Shown piece by piece: positions 60,062 to 64,000 of a stretch of DNA of 64,000 nt. The DNA is from Gammaproteobacteria bacterium (GTDB lineage Bacteria; Pseudomonadota; Gammaproteobacteria; Eutrophobiales; Eutrophobiaceae). Both the position numbers and the translations under genes were made by a program. Every line of letters starts with the position of its first letter. The first letter of the stretch is position 1. Below the pieces are notes generated by a model that ran no database searches, had not been told where the DNA came from, and saw nothing but the letters and a program-made list of their open reading frames with translations. The stretch spans positions 1,920,001 through 1,984,000 of the forward strand of contig OZ220696.1 of assembly GCA_965116495.1 (NCBI GenBank), written 5' to 3'.

Positions 60062-61228
60062 ATGATAAACAGATGGATTACAAATAAACTTAAAGAAACC
60101 ATACGCCGCTTCCCCGCAGTTGCATTGCTGGGCCCGCGCCAGGTCGGGAAAACCACACTGGCTCTGACCCTGGGCAAGGCCCGCAAGTCGATCTACCTGG
60201 ACCTGGAAGCACCGGATGACTTGGTCAAGCTGCAGGACCCGCTGTCTTTCCTGCCCCTGCACAGTGACAAGCTGATTATTCTCGACGAGATCCAACGGGC
60301 GCCGGACCTGTTTATGACATTGCGCGGACTTATCGACAAAAACCGGCGGGCGAACAAGCAAGGAGAGCAATTTCTGCTGCTCGGGTCCGCCTCAATGGAT
60401 TTGTTACGCCAATCTTCCGAAAGTCTGGCGGGACGCATCAGTTATATGGAACTGTGCGGTTTCAATATTCTGGAAACGCCGCACAACAGGCCGCACGATC
60501 TTCACAGGTTATGGTTGCGCGGCGGTTTACCGAACAGCTACCTGGCCTCGTCGGATATCGTCAGTATGGAGTGGCTCGAAATGTTGATCCGTACCTACCT
60601 GGAACGTGATGTCCCGCAAATGGGGTTCCGGGTGCCGGCCAGTCGCTTAAGACGTTTGTGGACCATGCTCGCCCACATCCAGGGAGAAACCTTGAATTAC
60701 CTGAAACTGGGCGGCAACCTGGAGGTCGATGGAAAGACAATACGGCATTACCTGGACATCCTGGTTGATCTCCTACTGGTACGCCGATTGCACCCCTGGT
60801 ACGGGAACGTCAAAAAACGCTTGGTCAAATCGCCCCGGTTCTATATCCGGGACAGCGGGATTCTGCATCGGTTACTGGGCATTTCGAACTATGACGACCT
60901 GTTGTCCAACCCCGTCCTGGGGAAAAGCTGGGAAGGTTTTGTAATTGACAATATCCTGTCCGTTTTGCCAAACCATATCGAGCCCTATTTCTACCGTACC
61001 GCCGCAGGGGCTGAAATTGACCTCGTCCTTAAGCTGTCAAGCAGCGAGTTATGGGCGATAGATATCAAGCATGGCCTGGCCCCGCAAGTTAAATCGGGGT
61101 TTCATCAAGGAGCGAAAGATATTAACGCCACCGAAAAGTTTGTTGTTTACGGGGGTAATGATGAATTTACCACCAAAAATGACACGACGGTCATTTCTCT
61201 GCCCGGCCTCATGGACAGACTGGGTTAA
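60062..61228 (+). CDS. AAA+ ATPase (AAA_14 plus DUF4143)
   Basis: GPRQVGKT, LDEIQ, LLGS, ESLAGR, DSG and AEIDL. Confidence 0.9.
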   Translation: MINRWITNKLKETIRRFPAVALLGPRQVGKTTLALTLGKARKSIYLDLEAPDDLVKLQDPLSFLPLHSDKLIILDEIQRAPDLFMTLRGLIDKNRRANKQGEQFLLLGSASMDLLRQSSESLAGRISYMELCGFNILETPHNRPHDLHRLWLRGGLPNSYLASSDIVSMEWLEMLIRTYLERDVPQMGFRVPASRLRRLWTMLAHIQGETLNYLKLGGNLEVDGKTIRHYLDILVDLLLVRRLHPWYGNVKKRLVKSPRFYIRDSGILHRLLGISNYDDLLSNPVLGKSWEGFVIDNILSVLPNHIEPYFYRTAAGAEIDLVLKLSSSELWAIDIKHGLAPQVKSGFHQGAKDINATEKFVVYGGNDEFTTKNDTTVISLPGLMDRLG

Positions 61229-61423
61229 TGGCAACGCGGCGTGCCTGCTTCTCCTATGTGTGAAACAAGCTGCTGATTCTCTCACTTGAACCGGCCAGGA
61301 TAATTGTCGTCAAACAGTGGAGCCTGTACGTGTCATCTAACCAGAAAAAGCGTCTATCCGGGTGCTGTCCATGGTGTGATATCTCCTCCTTAAACCCCCT
61401 CTAAAGTTTGGGGATTATATGCC

Positions 61424-61867
61424 TTAGTGCCCAAACATAGTCATGTCCTGGAGGAGTCGGGGCAGGCGTTGGTACAGGGCGGTGTGGCCCTTCCGGCAGG
61501 CGCTGTGCGCCAGGGCGCAGGCGAGCCAGGTTTTGCCGACGCCGGTGGGGCCGGTGATGAGGATATTGAGGTGGTCGCTGACCCATTGGCAAGACGCCAG
61601 GGATTGCATCAGGGCTTTGTCCAGTCCCCGCGGGTGGCGATAGTCGATGTTCTCGATGGCGGCCTGGTGTTTGAGTCGGGCGCGCCGCAATCGGCTGGAC
61701 AAGCGCCTGTTTTCCCGCTCGGTGAGCTCCCGGTCGATGAGCAGGCCGAGACGTTCCTCGAAGCTGAGCGTGTCGATATCGGGCAGGGCCATTTGCTCGC
61801 TGAGGGCGCTGGCCATACCGGTGCATTTCAGGGTGTGGAGTTTCTCCAGGGTGGGATGTGTCAACAT
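61424..61867 (-). pseudogene. istB: IS21 helper ATPase IstB, truncated
   Basis: MLTHPTLEKL...SFEERLGLL...GPTGVGKTWLACAL; ends before the Walker B motif. Confidence 0.85.
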
Positions 61868-61886
61868 AGCAGTCTCCTGTTGTGGG

Positions 61887-62891
61887 TCAGTGGTAATAGG
61901 ACGGGCCACGGATATTGTCGTGGTCATCCGGTAAGGCGGCCTCGGTCTGTGGGGCAAGGAGTTGCCGGTCCAGGCCGTGGCGGAGGATGGATTCGAGACT
62001 CTTGTAGCTGTGGCTGCCCAGGGTGAGGGCGCGCCGGCAGGCGGCCTCCAGCCGGTCATTGCCATAGATTTTGCCAAGACGCAGAATGCCTAAGCAGCCG
62101 CGGTAGGCTTGCTGGGGGTGCTTGCGGGCGGACAGGACACGGCGGATAAGGGTTTCTGTGGCCGGCCTTACCTGCGCGGCCCAGCGTTGCAGGTGTTGCG
62201 GGGATCACTCGCCGGCTTGGCGGTGTGCCTTGGCAACGCCTGCGCGTAAATTGTCCGGCACCACCACCTCCGGCACGCCACCGAAGTAGTCAAAACAGCG
62301 CACGTGCGCGCCGGTCCAGTCCTCAAGCCCCTGGGTCCAGGTGGCCTCGGCATAGGTGTAGTTCGATGCGCCCAGCGCTGCCACAAACACCTCTGCCTCA
62401 CGCACCTCCCCGGTCGCCGGGTTGATGACCTGGGCACGCATACCGGCATAATCCACAAACAGCTTCTCGCCGGCCCGGTGCACCTGACGCATCACCAGGT
62501 CCAGCTTGCCGGCCCAGGCCCGGTACTGCCGGCAGAACCAGGTGTACTGATAGCCGTGCGGGTGAGTCTGGCGATACTCATGCCATAACAACTGCAGGGT
62601 GACGCCCGGGCGTTTCAACTCCCGATGAACTTCTGACCAATCGGGCATGCCGCGGGCCGCAGCGGGCACGGCCGGGGTGGGCGGAAACAGCAGACGCTCC
62701 AGCGCCCCGTCATCCAACTCAGCCGGCAACGGCCAACGCAACCCGGCCGCCTCGGCCCGGCGCAGGTACCCGTCCACCGCCGGACGGGAAAGGCCACAAC
62801 TCCTGGCGGTCTGGCGTTTACTCAGGCCCTGGCCCCAGCACAGGCGTAATACGTCTTTTATCTTTCTCATGGACAACCTCTTTGCAGGCAT
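61887..62891 (-). pseudogene. istA: IS21 transposase IstA with an internal deletion, a stop codon and a frameshift
   Basis: N-terminus through VDYAG...VPDNL is joined directly to the C-terminal region (HPQQAYRGCLGIL...HDNIRGPSYYH); stop at 62205. Confidence 0.85.
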
Positions 62892-62977
62892 CTGTGTCTC
62901 CTCCTTTCAATAGAAATAAGGACACAGGATACCGTTGGTTATCCACGTCAAACGCGCCGGTTATCTACCTCCTTGGG

Positions 62978-63058
62978 GGTGGCAGCTTTGCCGTGTAATG
63001 GGTGGCAGCTTTCGTGTGAAATGGGTGGCAGCTTTGCCGTGTAATCGGTGGCAGCTTT
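62978..63058. repeat. IS21 terminal transposase-binding repeats (4 copies, 23-bp period)
   Basis: GGTGGCAGCTTT starts at 62978, 63001, 63024 and 63047. Confidence 0.85.
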
Positions 63059-63636
63059 GATGTGAAATCCGCAGAAAGGCTAAAAAATCAACTTTGCGGG
63101 AGCTATTTACGGGATCCACGTTCAAGTCGAGGTATCTTTTTACTGGTTTGCCGAGGTAATAAGACAAAATGGCAGTAGCCCGGTGGGACGCGCGTAGTCT
63201 TTTCAGATCTGGAAGAGGCGCTTCAGGGGTACTGGCAGGAAATATCACCAAAGTTCGCAGAGGTAGAGGATATTATGGTTGTTGGGATTGACCTTATGCA
63301 CAGGTCATTCCCGTCAGTGGAGAAAGCAATTTAACGGCAACGTAATCTAACTTTTTGGGGATTGAAATTACGCTATCGAGCACACATGCTTTGAGTCATT
63401 TGATAACCAGACCAAGGACGGTATCGCAATCAGGCAGATAGGCAATTATGTCAAAGAGCAGTTTATGAGCCCCTTGCCGGCCAGCGTTCGATGGTCGGTT
63501 CAGTGGTTAAGCCCATCTTCAGTAAAAAAATGCAATAGTCAAAAATAGCGGTGTCAATCTCCTCTCGCGGCGTGTGTCATAAAAGGTATTTGAGCCAGGG
63601 AGCATGATAGATTTGCCGGTGTGCTATGCTGGCAAA

Positions 63637-63984
63637 ATGAAAAAACCGAACCCGAAAACACTGGCTGAAGACGTGCGCCGGTTCGGACTCATTCTGGCTG
63701 CAGCCGGCGTAGTTGCTGGCGTGTTGGAGGACACGAACGTATCACTCAGCGCCGGGCTTGCGGCAGCGGGTGGCGCCCCGGTGTGGTTAGGTAATCTGGA
63801 GGAGGAAGAAGATGAATATGGCTTTATTAAGCGCGGGCGGCGTCATTTTTGCAACCGGACTGTTATTCGCATGGCTGGCTCACCGCCAAACCCGGCGCAA
63901 CCGTCAGGCCAGTCTCGACAACTGACCCGCAACCCCAACTTGCACAAAACGGGGTTTAACCCTGAAGTAACTGGCGCTCCCTAG
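63637..63984 (+). CDS. Small membrane protein, hypothetical; the C-terminus may be read-through
   Basis: MKKPNPKTLAEDVRRFGLILAAAGVVAG with two hydrophobic segments followed by an acidic run. Confidence 0.4.
   Translation: MKKPNPKTLAEDVRRFGLILAAAGVVAGVLEDTNVSLSAGLAAAGGAPVWLGNLEEEEDEYGFIKRGRRHFCNRTVIRMAGSPPNPAQPSGQSRQLTRNPNLHKTGFNPEVTGAP
63812..63925 (+). CDS. 37-aa single-transmembrane peptide
   Basis: GGAGGAGG Shine-Dalgarno, then MNMALLSAGGVIFATGLLFAWLAHRQTRRNRQASLDN*; below the ORF-track cutoff. Confidence 0.5.
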   Translation: MNMALLSAGGVIFATGLLFAWLAHRQTRRNRQASLDN

Positions 63985-64000
63985 GGGAATCATAATTATT

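Larger units (their letters stand above)
61424..63073 (-). mobile_element. Decayed IS21 family element (istA-istB), right end missing
   Basis: TG-starting left end at 63073 on the minus strand, with four GGTGGCAGCTTT repeats, followed by istA and istB remnants. Confidence 0.85.

Noticed and set aside
61337-61395. Strong Shine-Dalgarno (TAAGGAGG) followed by an 11-codon minus-strand ORF MDSTRIDAFSG
   Set aside because: Too short to support; probably a remnant of a gene disrupted next to the truncated IS21.
62978-63073. Regularly spaced 12-bp repeats resembling a mini-CRISPR or iterons
   Set aside because: The 23-bp period with similar 11-bp spacers, position at the TG end of an istA/istB element, and absence of cas or rep genes indicate IS21 terminal repeats.
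63074-63600. Possible IS1595-like end (GGCAATTATGTC near 63441) and short ORFs
   Set aside because: No partner inverted repeat or transposase seen; the resemblance is from memory only.

Overview
Bacterial chromosomal window, most likely from a gammaproteobacterium, judged from the conserved cca...uppP-folM-folK-folB-plsY-tsaD-rpsU-yqeY-dnaG-rpoD-tRNA-Ile(CAT) backbone. The accessory content (RTX proteins, FG-GAP protease, decayed IS elements) suggests a marine host-associated lifestyle; that is inference. Main result: a compact six-gene sterol biosynthesis cluster at 28470-37706. It encodes a 3beta-HSD/SdmB-like enzyme, an SdmA-like Rieske oxygenase, an ERG24-type sterol reductase, CYP51, a single ORF fusing squalene epoxidase to an oxidosqualene cyclase (DCTAE motif, with unusual active-site residues), and a C-24 sterol methyltransferase. 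It is divergent from a soluble GAF-PAS-kinase-receiver-wHTH fusion regulator. Second result: the tRNA-Ile(CAT) gene after rpoD is split by a 249-nt group I intron inserted immediately after the anticodon, and all core helices can be read from the sequence. Other notable parts are a TonB receptor/SnoaL-CDGSH fusion/Rieske/RidA/2OG-oxygenase operon, a PQQ dehydrogenase-cytochrome c fusion with a lanthanide-type DYDG motif, a bacterial cereblon-like protein, and broken IS5 and IS21 elements. All calls come from motif recognition by eye; no database searches were run.
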